Program-made: the position numbers and the translations under genes
NCBI GenBank assembly: GCA_963734535.1
Contig: CAVTHS010000011.1
Coordinates: 146,894-210,893 of the forward strand
DNA from: an uncultured Chloroflexia bacterium
GTDB taxonomy: Bacteria > Chloroflexota > Limnocylindria > Limnocylindrales > CSP1-4
DNA: 64,000 nt
Direction of reading: 5' to 3'
The notes under the pieces: model-generated
Told to the model about the DNA's origin: nothing
The model's database searches: none
The model's input: the letters and a program-made list of their open reading frames with translations, nothing else
Part shown: in pieces, positions 40,391-50,959 of the stretch
How the letters are laid out: every line of letters begins with the position of its first letter
Numbering within the stretch: position 1 is the first letter of the stretch

Positions 40391-42225
40391 GTGGCCATCG
40401 ACCCCAACCAGGAGTTCCTCGTCCAGCCGGTGGACGCGTCGTGGCTCCAGTGCAACATCGAGTGCCAGGAAGCCTGCCCGGTCGGGACGAACTGCCGCGG
40501 CTACCTCAACCTGGCCGCAGAGGGCCGGTTCGAGGAGGGCTACCTCCTCTCGCGCGAGCCGAACCCGGTTGCGGCCATGTGCGCCTACGTCTGCTCGGCA
40601 CCCTGCGAGCGCGCATGCCGACGCGGGGACATCGATCGGCCGCTGGCGATCCGGGCGATGAAGCGCTTCCTCGTCGAGTGGCACGAGGCGTCGGGCATCC
40701 CGGACGTCATCCCGCCGATCACGCCGCGCGACGAGCGCGTCGCCGTGGTCGGCGCCGGGCCGGCGGGCATCGCGGTCGCCCGCGAGCTCGCGGTGAAGGG
40801 CTACCGGGTGACCGTCTTCGACAGCCTGCCCTTCGCCGGCGGCACGATGCTGATCGGCGTCCCAGCCTTCCGCCTGCCGCGCGAAGCGATCGAGATGGAC
40901 GTCCGGCTCGTGGAGCGCCTCGGGGTCACCTTCCGCTACAACACGAAGATCGGGCCGGACATCAGCTTCGAGACGCTGCAGCGCGACTTCGACGGGGTCG
41001 CGATGTGCGCCGGCGCGATGGACCCCGTGGGCTGGACGTCCCTGGCGCCGAGCTGGCCGGCCTTCAGTACGGCGTCGACTTCATGCGCAAGGCCAACCTC
41101 GGCGAGCCGCTCGAGGTGGGCCGCAACGTCGTCGTCGTCGGCGGCGGCTACACGGCCATGGACTGCTCCCGGACGAGCCTCCGGCACGGCGCCGAGAACG
41201 TGACGATCGCCTACCGCCGGACGCGCTCCGAGCTGGTCGTCGACGAGGAGGAGCTGGGCGAGACGGAGCGCGAAGGCGTCCGGATGGAGTTCCTGGTCAG
41301 CCCGATCGAGCTGGTGGGCGAGGACGGGAAGCTCACGGGCGTGCGGTTCATCCGCAACAAGCTCGGCGAGCCCGACGCCTCCGGTCGGCGGTCGCCGGTT
41401 CCGATCCCGGGCTCCGAGTTCGTGGTGCCCGCGGACACGGTCATCCCGGCGGTCTCGCAGGCGGCCGACCTCACCTTCCTGCCCGTGGAGGCGACGTTCG
41501 AGGTCGCCCGCGGTCGCCTCAAGGTGGACCCGGCGACCTACGCGACGAACGTCCGCGGCGTCTTCGCCGCGGGTGACTTCGTGACCGGTCCGGCAACCCT
41601 CATCGAGGCCGCCGGCCACGGCAAGAAGTGCGCCTACGCCATCGACCGCTACCTGGCCGGGCACGTCGACGTCTCGGTGGCCGCCAACGTCAAGATCACG
41701 TCGTCGTGGCGCCACGACATGCCCGAGTACTACGACGTCCTCCCGCGTCAGCACATCCCCATGCTGCCCGTCGAGGCGCGGATGGCGTCGCGCGAGCCGG
41801 AGGTCAACTTCACGACCGGGGTCGAGCTCGGCTACAGCGCCACGCACGCCGTCGCGGATTCCACCCGCTGCCTGATGTGCAACTACAACATCTGGTTCGA
41901 TCCCTTCCGGTGCGTCCTGTGCGGAGCCTGCGCGGACGTCTGCCCGGAGGGCGTGATCCACATGATCGACGTGAACCAGATGAAGTCGGAGGGGTTCCTG
42001 CCGGAGCTCGAGGAGGCGTACGGCTGGGACGAGGGCGCCGCCATGATCCTCGACGAGGAGCGCTGTATCCGCTGCGCGTTGTGTGTCAAGCGTTGCCCGT
42101 TCGACGCCATTACGATGGAGCGGTTCGAGCTCCAGGAGATATCGACCGACGGTCGGCTCTACAAGGAGTCGTACCGGGACGCGCAGCTTGCCGGCACGGC
42201 CGGCGTCGCAGGAGGGGCCAGGTGA
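40391..42225 (+). CDS. GltD/NfnB/DsrL-like NAD(P)H flavo-iron-sulfur oxidoreductase with C-terminal 2x[4Fe-4S] domain (frameshift near 41030)
   Basis: CQEACP and CAYVCSAPCERAC; GAGPAG; GGGYTAMD..YRR; AAGDFVTG; RCLMC; CVLCGACADVCP; CIRCALCVKRCP. Confidence 0.88.
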
Positions 42226-42949
42226 GTTTCCTGGAGCGGGTGGATCAGTCGATCCGGCGGAGCCCCGTCTTCCGGTCCATCTTCCGCAACCCGTACCCCA
42301 ACGACGAGCGGTCGCGGGCGTACGCGGTGATGAACAACGTATTCCTGCACCTGCACCCGGTCCGCGTCCGCCAGCACGCGGTCAAGTTCGCCTACACGTT
42401 CTGCCTGGGCGGGCTGTCGTTCTTCCTGTTCCTCGTGCTGACCGTCACCGGCGTCTACCTGATGTTCTTCTACGCCCCGTCGGCGACGCAGGCGTACTCG
42501 GACATCCTGCGGATCCAGTCCGAGGTGCCGTTCGGGCTCCTGACGCGGAACGTCCACCGGTGGGCCGCCCACCTGATGGTCTTCTTCGTCTTCCTGCACA
42601 TGATGCGGGTCTTCTACCACGGGGCCTACAAGCCGCCACGCGAGTTCAACTGGGTCGTCGGGGTCGTCCTGCTGTTCCTGACCATCTTGCTGAGCTTCAC
42701 CGGCTACCTGCTGCCGTGGGACCAGATCGCCTACTGGGCCATCACGATCGGCGGGAACATGGCCGGCTACGCGCCGCTCTTCAACACGCCGTCGAAGGTC
42801 CTGCTGCTCGCCGGACTGGAGGTCAGCGGCAACACGCTGCTCCGGTTCTACGTGCTCCACATCATGGTCTTCCCGCTCGTCGCGGCGGTGTTCCTGGCGG
42901 TCCACTTCTGGCGGATCCGCAAGGACGGCGGGATAGCGGACCGCTATGA
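42222..42949 (+). CDS. Cytochrome b6-like subunit of a Rieske/cyt b complex (indel near 3' end)
   Basis: FCLGG (heme ci Cys), HRWAAHLM..LHMMRV, FTGYLLPWDQ, H-x14-H in helix D, and the C-terminus GGI/SGPL*. Confidence 0.92.
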
Positions 42950-43076
42950 CGGGCCATCGCGTCGTTGTCGCCTCGCGCCGTACTCGCGCTCCGCACCTCA
43001 GGTGTGGCGCGCTCGCGTGCTCGGCTCCGCCGAGCGCTGACCTCGTCCTGGCGGCCCCGAGGGACGAGGAGTCGCG

Positions 43077-43673
43077 ATGACGGACCAGAAGGCGCCGCCC
43101 GAGCGCCGCGTCGTCCTGCCGGTGGATCCGACCCGGCGGACGGAGATCGACAAGCAGCGCGTGCCGATGTCGGCACGCCCATACCGCCTGCTCGCGCTCG
43201 TCAAGCAGGACGCCGTGGTCCGGGTCCAGAAGGAACCCGACGACACGGTCATGACCTGGCCGCACCTGCTGTCGATCGAGTTCCTGGCGGCAGTCTTCAT
43301 GAGCATCTTCGTCCTGTTCATGGGCCTCTTCGTGAACGCACCGCTCGAGGAGCTGGCCAACCCGAACGTCACGCCGGAGGTCGCCAAGGCCCCGTGGTAC
43401 TTCCTGGGACTCCAGGAGCTGCTGGCCTACTTCCACCCGACCGTCGCGGGCGCCCTCTCGCCCCTCTTCGTGCTGGTCGGCGCGGCGCTCATCCCGTTCG
43501 TCGATCGCGAGAACATCCGGGCCAATCGACCGTCGGATCGCAAGACGGCGGTCGTCCTCTTCACGCTGTTCTGCGCGCTCGGGCTCGTGCTGACGTTCCT
43601 GGGCATCTTCTTCCGCGGTCCCGGGTACGCGTTCACGTTGCCCTGGATCAGCGGATTCCACTTCAGCCTGTGA
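43077..43673 (+). CDS. Cytochrome b subunit IV-like (PetD/QcrC type)
   Basis: TWPHLL..E, APLEELANP..TP, KAPWYFLGLQELL (PEWY-equivalent) and IPFVDR. Confidence 0.88.
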   Translation: MTDQKAPPERRVVLPVDPTRRTEIDKQRVPMSARPYRLLALVKQDAVVRVQKEPDDTVMTWPHLLSIEFLAAVFMSIFVLFMGLFVNAPLEELANPNVTPEVAKAPWYFLGLQELLAYFHPTVAGALSPLFVLVGAALIPFVDRENIRANRPSDRKTAVVLFTLFCALGLVLTFLGIFFRGPGYAFTLPWISGFHFSL

Positions 43674-43680
43674 GCGTCCC

Positions 43681-44353
43681 ATGAGCAACTACCACGTCGA
43701 GCCCGCCAGCAAGCCCCAGGCCCTCACGAGCGAGGCGCTCAAGTCGATGCGCACGGAGGCCCCGAAGGGCCTCTCGCGACGGCAGCTCCTCCGGACGTCG
43801 CTCGGCGCGAGCGTCGGCCTCTGGCTCCTGGAGGTGTCGCGCCGGCACGCATCGGGTTCCTGTGGCCGAACCTGTCGGGCGGCTTCGGCGGGCAAGGTCG
43901 AGATCGGCACGCTCCAGGACATCAAGAACACGAACTCGTCCCTGCCGATCGGGGACGGCTTCCCGGCCTACTACCAGGAGGCCCGGGCCTTCATCATGCT
44001 CGTGGACCCCACCCGCCAGGAGTTCGTCCCCGGCGAGGATCGCTCCGGCGACGGCACGGCGCTCAACGTCCGCGCGCTCTACCAGCGCTGCCCGCACCTG
44101 GGCTGCAAGCCGAACTTGTGCCTGAAGAGCTTCTGGCTCGAATGCCCGTGCCACGGCTCGCGCTACGATCGCCTGGGGACGAAGGTCAAGGAGCTGGGGC
44201 CGGCGCCGCGCTCGATGGACCGGTTCGCCGTGATCGTCCAGGCCGACGGGAAGCTCGTCCTCGACACCAGCAAGATCACGCTCGGGCCGCTGCCGGTGGC
44301 GCTCGGCCAGCCCGGGCCTCATCCCGTCGAAGAGCTCGACCGGCTGCATCTGA
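43681..44353 (+). CDS. Rieske 2Fe-2S subunit (indels near 43837-43885 and 44315)
   Basis: Tat motif SRRQLL; CPHLGC and CPCHGSRY boxes; GPAPRSMDRF. Confidence 0.9.
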
Positions 44354-44384
44354 GCCGACCGATGACCACGACCCGAGAACCCCG

Positions 44385-45520
44385 ATGACCGACCAGCCCG
44401 GCGCAGCGCCCGGAGGAGCGCCTGCCCGTCCCGCGCGAGCCGTCCGAGGTCGCCCGGGAGGGCGTGCGGCGACGGGTCGTTCGGCGACCGATCGCCGCCG
44501 ACCGAGCGGTTCACCGCGCACCCGACCGCGCATCGCGTCGGGCTCTCGCCGGAGCGCGCCGCGAAGATCGTCACCCAGAGCGCCAGCGCCCGCTGGGTCG
44601 CCTTCCTCGCCGTCTCGATCGTCGCGCTCTTCGTGATCGTCTACTACTTCTACGACCTGGGCGTGCCCGGCGTGGCGAACACCAGCCGCCTCGAGAAGGA
44701 GGTCGCGGTCCAGCAGGTCACCGACGTGACGGCCGGCTACAAGCTCTTCGAGGCGAACTGCGCGCGCTGCCACGGCGCCCAGGGGCAGGGCGGGATCGGG
44801 CCGGTCCTCAACGACCAGGCGAAGCTCCTCACCCACCTGACGCCGAAGTACCTGACGACGGTCCTGACGGTCGGCGGCCGGTACGTCTGCGGCGACGCCG
44901 CCTCGCTGATGCCGGCCTGGCTCGAGCCCAACGGCCCGCTCAACTACCGCGACGTCGAGGAGCTCGTCGCGTTCATCCGGGCGCCGTCGACGACTCGAGT
45001 TCCAGGGAGTCGACCCGGCGACCGGCCTGATCACCACGCTGAACGGCTGGCGCGACCCGGCCTTCGCGCCCGCCCCGGGCTCCACGCCGGTCCCGAACTG
45101 CTGGAAGGACGCCTTCGCGTCCTCCGTCGGCCGCCCCGAGCGCGGGGGCGAGCGGCGCTCCGGCCGAGCGGCGCCCCGAGCGCGGCACCCTCGGGTAGCC
45201 CGGCCGCCTCGCCCGCCGCGTCGGGCGGCGCGGCCGGCACGGTCCTCGAGCTCACGGCCTCCGGCATCGCGTTCGACAAGGCCGACCTGACCGCCCCGGC
45301 CGGGGTCGCCTTCCAGATCAAGTTCACCAACAACAACGCGGGGATCCCCCACAACGTCGCGATCCACAAGGACTCGCCGACCGGCGAGATCGTCTGGCAG
45401 GGCGAGATCTTCAGCGGGGTCGACAGCCGGACCTACGACGTCCCGGCGCTTCCCGCGGGGACCTACGGCTTCTCGTGCATCGTCCACCCGAACATGACGG
45501 GGACGCTCACGGTCAAGTAG
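44385..45520 (+). CDS. Membrane-anchored cytochrome c fused to a C-terminal cupredoxin (frameshifted)
   Basis: TM helix; CARCH heme motif and LMPAW Met ligand; Ser/Ala/Pro linker; type-1 Cu ligands PHNV...CIVHPNM. Confidence 0.82.
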
Positions 45521-45572
45521 CGGGGCGCGGCCGCCGGGCGGGAGGTCCCGCGGTCGCGTGCAGGGAGGACAG

Positions 45573-47090
45573 ATGGCGGAACAGGCGCTCGGTCCAGGCG
45601 GCAGGGTGGCGCGCAGGCGGGCCTTCTTCGGGCTGCTCGACGCGAACGGCTGGGGCTGGGCGGGCGTCAAGGCCGCGGTCTGGTTCGTCCTCATCATCAT
45701 GCTCATGGCGTACCTGCCCGGACCGCGCGCTCTACGCCACGGTCCAGAACACGATCGACCTCGGCGTCTCGCTCAAGGTGTTCAACCCGGCCCTCGACCT
45801 GACCCCGATCAGCTTCTGCCCCGCCTCGAACCGGAGCGTGCCGTGCCCGGCTCCCGCCGGGACGGTCCTGCCATGGGAGCCGAACCCGGCCGAGCTGCTC
45901 TTGCCGGCGCCGCGCGCGCGGACGCAGCGATCGTCGGGGCCGGCCTCCAGACGCTCCTGGTCGGCGGCACGGACGGGAAGACGGCCCAGGCGAGCGTCTT
46001 CGCGACCGTCATCCGGCCGGACGGCAACATCGACGCGTGGAGCCGAGGGCGCACGCCCTGCCGGCGCCGCGCGCCCAGGCATCGGCCGTCTTCTTCTCCG
46101 GCGTCGCGTACGTCATCGGCGGGGTCGACGCGGGCGGCGCGCCGACCGACACCGTCTTCGCGGGCACGCCGGACGCGGCGACCGGCAAGATCGCGGCCTG
46201 GGCCGAAATCGACGGACCTGAAGCTGCCCGCGCCCGCGCGCCGGGGCCGCGGTCGTGGTCGCCGGCGATGGGGTCTTCCTCATCGGCGGGACCGACGGGA
46301 AGGGGCCGGTCGACACCGTCTGGAAGGCGACGCTCGACGCGAAGAGCGGCAAGCTGAAGGCGTGGGTGCCCAACGCGCCGCTCACCTCGTTCGACGCGGC
46401 CGGGGCCGCCGCAGCCGGCGCCGCGCGTCCACGCCATCGCCGACGCTCATCGGCCAGAACCTCTTCGTGTGGGGCGGCGAGGACGCGGCGGGCCCGACCA
46501 CGCACATCCTCCGAGGCGACGTCTCCGTCGCCAAGGAGACGCTCGGGCGAGGTGACCCGGTGGGCGAGCCCGACCGCTGCGTCCGCCGCGCAGCAGGATC
46601 TCCCGGCCGCTCACCTGGGCGCATTCGGCTGGGTGGCCAACGGCAACCTCTACTACGCGGGCGGCGATGGCGCCAACGGCGAGGTGATCTGGGCGATCCC
46701 GGACGCGGCCGGCAACATCACGGGCTGGAAGCACCTGGCCGCGAGCGATCTCCCGCCCGACCTCGCGCTCCGCGACTCGGCGCCCGATCGTCTCGGGCTC
46801 GCACGTCTTCCTCGTCGGCGGCCTCGCGCAGGGCAACCCGACGACCGGGACGGCGCGGGCGGACCTCGCGCCGAAGGCGCCGTTCTTCCAGCTCGGCCTC
46901 TTCTACATCGTGGTCCCGGCGATGGGGATCCAGGGCGAGGTCGGCCAGCAGCTCTCCTACCTGGTCGCCGCCGGCGTGGCGACCGGCAGACTTCGTGCTC
47001 CTCCTGCTGATCGGCTACGCGTTCAACCACAAGGAGCGAACGCGGGCGTTCCTGCAGGATCTGCGCAACCGACGGCGCCGGACCGCCTGA
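45573..47090 (+). CDS. Membrane protein with Kelch-like beta-propeller (multiple frameshifts)
   Basis: TM helices at both ends; repeated hhhGG motifs (LLVGG, YVIGG, FLIGG, FVWGG, YYAGG, FLVGG). Confidence 0.65.
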   Translation: MAEQALGPGGRVARRRAFFGLLDANGWGWAGVKAAVWFVLIIMLMAYLPGPRALRHGPEHDRPRRLAQGVQPGPRPDPDQLLPRLEPERAVPGSRRDGPAMGAEPGRAALAGAARADAAIVGAGLQTLLVGGTDGKTAQASVFATVIRPDGNIDAWSRGRTPCRRRAPRHRPSSSPASRTSSAGSTRAARRPTPSSRARRTRRPARSRPGPKSTDLKLPAPARRGRGRGRRRWGLPHRRDRREGAGRHRLEGDARREERQAEGVGAQRAAHLVRRGRGRRSRRRASTPSPTLIGQNLFVWGGEDAAGPTTHILRGDVSVAKETLGRGDPVGEPDRCVRRAAGSPGRSPGRIRLGGQRQPLLRGRRWRQRRGDLGDPGRGRQHHGLEAPGRERSPARPRAPRLGARSSRARTSSSSAASRRATRRPGRRGRTSRRRRRSSSSASSTSWSRRWGSRARSASSSPTWSPPAWRPADFVLLLLIGYAFNHKERTRAFLQDLRNRRRRTA

Positions 47091-47154
47091 CGGGAGCGTC
47101 ACCCTTCGCCGGGGGAGGGCTCCGGCCGGTCGTGAGCGTTGGCTGGCCGACGGG

Positions 47155-47556
47155 TCAGCCGGCCCCGCCATCCCCGGGCGCGTCGCCCTCGCCGGGCGCG
47201 AGCGGCCCCCGCCGAACCTCGAGCCCGGCCCGCTCCCAGGCGTCCATGCCGCCGGCCACGTTCCAGGCGTCGGCCCAGCCGTTGCGGAGGAGGAACGCGG
47301 TCACCGCCGCGGAGCGGTTGCCCGTGTGGCAGATGACATGGAGAGGGCGGTCCCGGGGAAGCTCCTCGAAGTGGGCCAGGAAGGTCGAGGTCGGATAGAG
47401 GAGCGCGCCCGGGACGCGGACGGCGACGAACTCGTGCCGCTCGCGCACGTCGAGCAGGATCGGCGCGGACTGCCCTGCCGGGGTGCCGACGCCCCCTGCG
47501 CGGGCCGCGTCGGCGTCGACCGCGCTGATCGTCGGGAGCGGGCCCTGGGGCTGCAT
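47155..47556 (-). CDS. Rhodanese-like domain protein
   Basis: LLDVRERHEF, ICHTGNRS and NVAGGMDAW. Confidence 0.9.
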   Translation of the reverse strand: MQPQGPLPTISAVDADAARAGGVGTPAGQSAPILLDVRERHEFVAVRVPGALLYPTSTFLAHFEELPRDRPLHVICHTGNRSAAVTAFLLRNGWADAWNVAGGMDAWERAGLEVRRGPLAPGEGDAPGDGGAG

Positions 47557-48214
47557 CAGGCCGGCGTCCGGGGGATCGGGATCGGCGGGATCGCGACCGG
47601 CGCCCTGCGGAACCGGCCGGCCGGCCCGGCGACATCGTGCGGCGGCGCGACCAGGCCCGCGTCCAGCGCCGCCGGGCTCGCGCCCACCGCGGACGCCGCG
47701 CCACGTCCGCGCTCACGTCCGCGCCCCGGCTGCCCTCCGGGGCCGCCTCGGGACCCTGGCAGATCATCTCGATTCGCGCCAGCCGGTCGTCGACCGCGTC
47801 GAGAAGCGCCGGCAGGTCGATCCGCTCGGTAGCCCCCGACCACCCGGGCGTCGGCGCGGCCGGGCCGGTCCGCGCGCCGGCGTTGGCCGGAGCGGTGACG
47901 GCGGCTGCGGCCAGGCGCTCGCGGGCACCCCGGAGGTTCGTCCGGACGCCGAGCGGGTTCCCCCGCTCCGCGTGCACGTACGCGGCCGCGACCTTGATGA
48001 GGCCGCTCAGGAGCGCCCGCTCGGCCAGGTCGTCGGTCCCCATCCACGCCGGTTCCAGCTCCTCGTGGGCGAGGTACCAGGCGCCGCGCTCGTAGGCGGC
48101 GAGCCCCCGTGCCACGGCCGCCGTCCTGACGTTGGCCGGCAGCGGCCGATGCGCCTTCGAGCGCCCTCGCTCCATGACGCGCCCGGGGGCCGCGATCGCG
48201 CGCGGACCGGTCAC
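47556..48214 (-). CDS. DUF309 family protein (frameshifted C-terminus)
   Basis: WYLAHEELEPAW..LSGLIKVAAAYVH..GN; GTGA overlap with the upstream gene. Confidence 0.75.
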
Positions 48215-48672
48215 GTGAGCTCGATGAGCGGTCGCCGTCCCCCGAAGCCCGACGTCAGGTCGTGCCAGAAGTGGATCTCGTCCTCGCCGAGCTGCCAGCA
48301 GAGCCACACCTGGCGCCCGTTGACGAGCGCGGGGAAGTCCGCCAGGCCGTCCTCGATGTCGCGAAGCTGCACGCTCCACTCGTCCAGGCGAGCGACGGCG
48401 GCCTGCATCTGGTCGATGACGGCGCGGATCCGCGCGTCGAGGACGCGGGGGGAGTCGGACGTCGCCGATCCGTGCGTGCCGTCGGCTGCTTCGCCGAGCG
48501 CCTCGTCGACCAGCGTCCGTCCGTTGCTCGGAACTTCCGCCCGTCGGCGCGCCACGATGAGCCGATCGCGGAGTGCCACCAGCTCGCTCCGCTCCGAGCG
48601 GAGCTGCTCCAGCACGGCCCGGACCTCGGGGAGGCGGGCGTTCGCGCGGTCGATGTCGTAGAAGTCCGTCAC
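48211..48672 (-). CDS. DUF2203 family protein
   Basis: FYDIDRANARLP and RDIEDGLADFP..WLCWQLGE..FWH..GFGGRRP; GTG 6 nt after TATCAT. Confidence 0.85.
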   Translation of the reverse strand: MTDFYDIDRANARLPEVRAVLEQLRSERSELVALRDRLIVARRRAEVPSNGRTLVDEALGEAADGTHGSATSDSPRVLDARIRAVIDQMQAAVARLDEWSVQLRDIEDGLADFPALVNGRQVWLCWQLGEDEIHFWHDLTSGFGGRRPLIELT

Positions 48673-48733
48673 CCCGCGATGATACCGGGAGACCGCCTGA
48701 AGGCCCGTCACGGGGCGGGGAGCAAGGTGCCCG

Positions 48734-50066
48734 TCACCAGCCTGGCAGCAGCTGCCGGTCCAGCCACTCCGCCGGCTCCATGCGCGGCCGGATCAGGGAC
48801 GATCTCCCGCCGCTGATCGCGACCTCGGCCGGGATCGGGTGGCTCAGGAACAGCGGCATCGACTCGGTGAAGCCGTACGCACCCGTGTCGAGCACGGCGA
48901 CGAGGTCGCCGACGGCCGGTGCGGGCAGCCGTGCGTTGGCCGCGAAGATGTCCAGCCCGGAGCAGAGCGGCCCGGCGATGGTGACCGGCCACGAGCGAGC
49001 GGCCCGTGCGCTGGCTCCAAGGATTCGCACCCGGTGCTCCTGCCCGACGAGAGCCGGCCGGACCAGGTGATGGACGCCTCCGTCGAGGATGGCCACCTCT
49101 GCCTCGCCGACACGCTTGCGGTCGACGACCCGCGCGACATACGCACCGGCGGTCCCCACGAGCCAGCGGCCGGGCTCCAGCAGCAGCCGGAGGTTGCGCA
49201 GGCCCGGCGTGGTCGCCCAGCCCTCCGCGACCGACGCCACGCGGCGCCCGAAGCCGGCCACGTCGAGCGACTCCTCGTTGGGCTCGTATGGGATCCCGAG
49301 GCCACCGCCCGCGTCCACGAGGCGAAGCTCCACCCGGGCGTGCCCGGCCACCGCCCGCGCCAGCTGCACCGTCTCGGCGACGTGAGCCGCCAGGCGGCTC
49401 GCGTCGAGGACGTTCGACGCGCCGAAGCGGTGGATCCCGAGCAGCTCCAGGTGGGACGACCGGGCGGCCGTCCGCGCCGCCGCCCGCAGGTCCGGCTCGT
49501 CCATGCCGAACTTCCCGGCCCCATCGTCGCCGACGAGCCGGACTCGCTCCAGGCCGTCGGCCATCCCGACGGACGCCCGCAGGAGGATCGGGCACCCGCC
49601 TGCCCGCGGCTGACGCGGTCGCCTCGAGGCGGTCGAGCTCGCCCGGCAATTCGACCGTGATCGCGCGCACGCCGGCCGCGACGGCATCGCGCAGCTCCGC
49701 GTCACGCTTGCCGGGGCCCGTGACGACGATCCGGTCCTCGGGGATGCCCGCCCGGCGCGCGGTGGCGAGCTCGCCGCCGGAGGCGACGTCCGCGCCGAGC
49801 CCGAGGGAGCCGAGGTGGGCGACGATCGCGAGCGCCGGGTTGGCCTTGACCGCGTACGCGATCTCGACGAATGGCGGCAGGGCCGCCCGCAGCGTCTCGA
49901 CCTGGCGCTCGATCACGTCGAGGTCGTAGACATGGAACGGCGTGCCGTACAGCGCCGCGAGGTCGGCCGGGTCGAGCCCGCCCAGCCGGTCGCCCCGCAG
50001 GATCTCGTTGCGGGCCGGCGGCCGCCCGCGCCGCGGCGCGTCGATGCCCGGGGCCGGCGTCGTCAT
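48734..50066 (-). CDS. lysA: Diaminopimelate decarboxylase-like fold-III PLP enzyme (frameshift near 49605)
   Basis: GTPFHVYD, YAVKAN, DVASGGEL, KFG, DAGGGLG, EPGR, GPLC and TGAYG; last gene of the dap operon. Confidence 0.78.
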
Positions 50067-50959
50067 CGGAGCGCGTCCTCCAGCGCGACCCGCGCGTCGG
50101 TGCGGGCGTCACGCTGCTTCACGATGAGGGCGACCTGCCCACCGAGCCCGTGCTCCCCCGCGAACTCGCCCGGGAGCGAGCGCGTTCCCGGCACGACGAC
50201 GGCGCCCGGCGGCACGCAGAGGGGCGCGTCGGGCGTCCCGGCCAGGACCCGCTCGCCGACGAGGTCGTACAGGCGCGACGTCCCCGTCAGCGTGACCCCC
50301 GCAGCCAGGACCGCGCCCCGCCCGACCAGCACGCCGTCGAGCAGCAGGCAGCCCGCGCCGACGAACGCATCGTCCTCGATGATCACGGGCCGCGCACCGG
50401 CAGGCTCCAGGACGCCGCCCACCATGACCCCCGCCGAGAGGTGGACGCGCGCCCCGACCTGGGCGCACGAGCCGACGAGCACGTGCGAGTCGACCATCGT
50501 GTCGGTCCCGATCCAGGCGCCGACGTTCACGTACGACGGTGGCATCAGCACGACGCCGGGCTCGAGGTGCGCGCCCGCCCGGATCGACGTCCCACCGGGC
50601 ACGATCCGCCACGGCCGACCGGCGGCCGTCGCGGCCCGCGCATCCGGGGAATCCGTGACGTCCTTCGGGGGCAGGCCGACCCGATCCACGAACCCGAACG
50701 TCTCGCCGGCGGACCACCGCCGGGTGGCGCGGTCGGCGAAGAGCGCCAGGATGGCGGCGCGCGCGCCGGGGTCGAGCCCCCAGCCGCCAGCCGCCCCGGA
50801 ATCCGGCGCTGCCGCCCGGAGGCTCCCCGACTCGAGGGCGGCGATGACCTCGTCCGCTGCCTGGGCCGCGGACGCTGCCACCGTCGCCGCGGCCGTCGCC
50901 GGCGTCCCGGCAGCAGGGGCCGAATCCCCCGCTGCCGCGGCACGGCTGCCCGCGCTCAT
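50063..50959 (-). CDS. dapD: Tetrahydrodipicolinate N-succinyltransferase
   Basis: RIVPGG, MPPSYVNVGA, MVDSHVLVGSCAQVG and GGVLEP..PVIIED. Confidence 0.9.
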   Translation of the reverse strand: MSAGSRAAAAGDSAPAAGTPATAAATVAASAAQAADEVIAALESGSLRAAAPDSGAAGGWGLDPGARAAILALFADRATRRWSAGETFGFVDRVGLPPKDVTDSPDARAATAAGRPWRIVPGGTSIRAGAHLEPGVVLMPPSYVNVGAWIGTDTMVDSHVLVGSCAQVGARVHLSAGVMVGGVLEPAGARPVIIEDDAFVGAGCLLLDGVLVGRGAVLAAGVTLTGTSRLYDLVGERVLAGTPDAPLCVPPGAVVVPGTRSLPGEFAGEHGLGGQVALIVKQRDARTDARVALEDALR

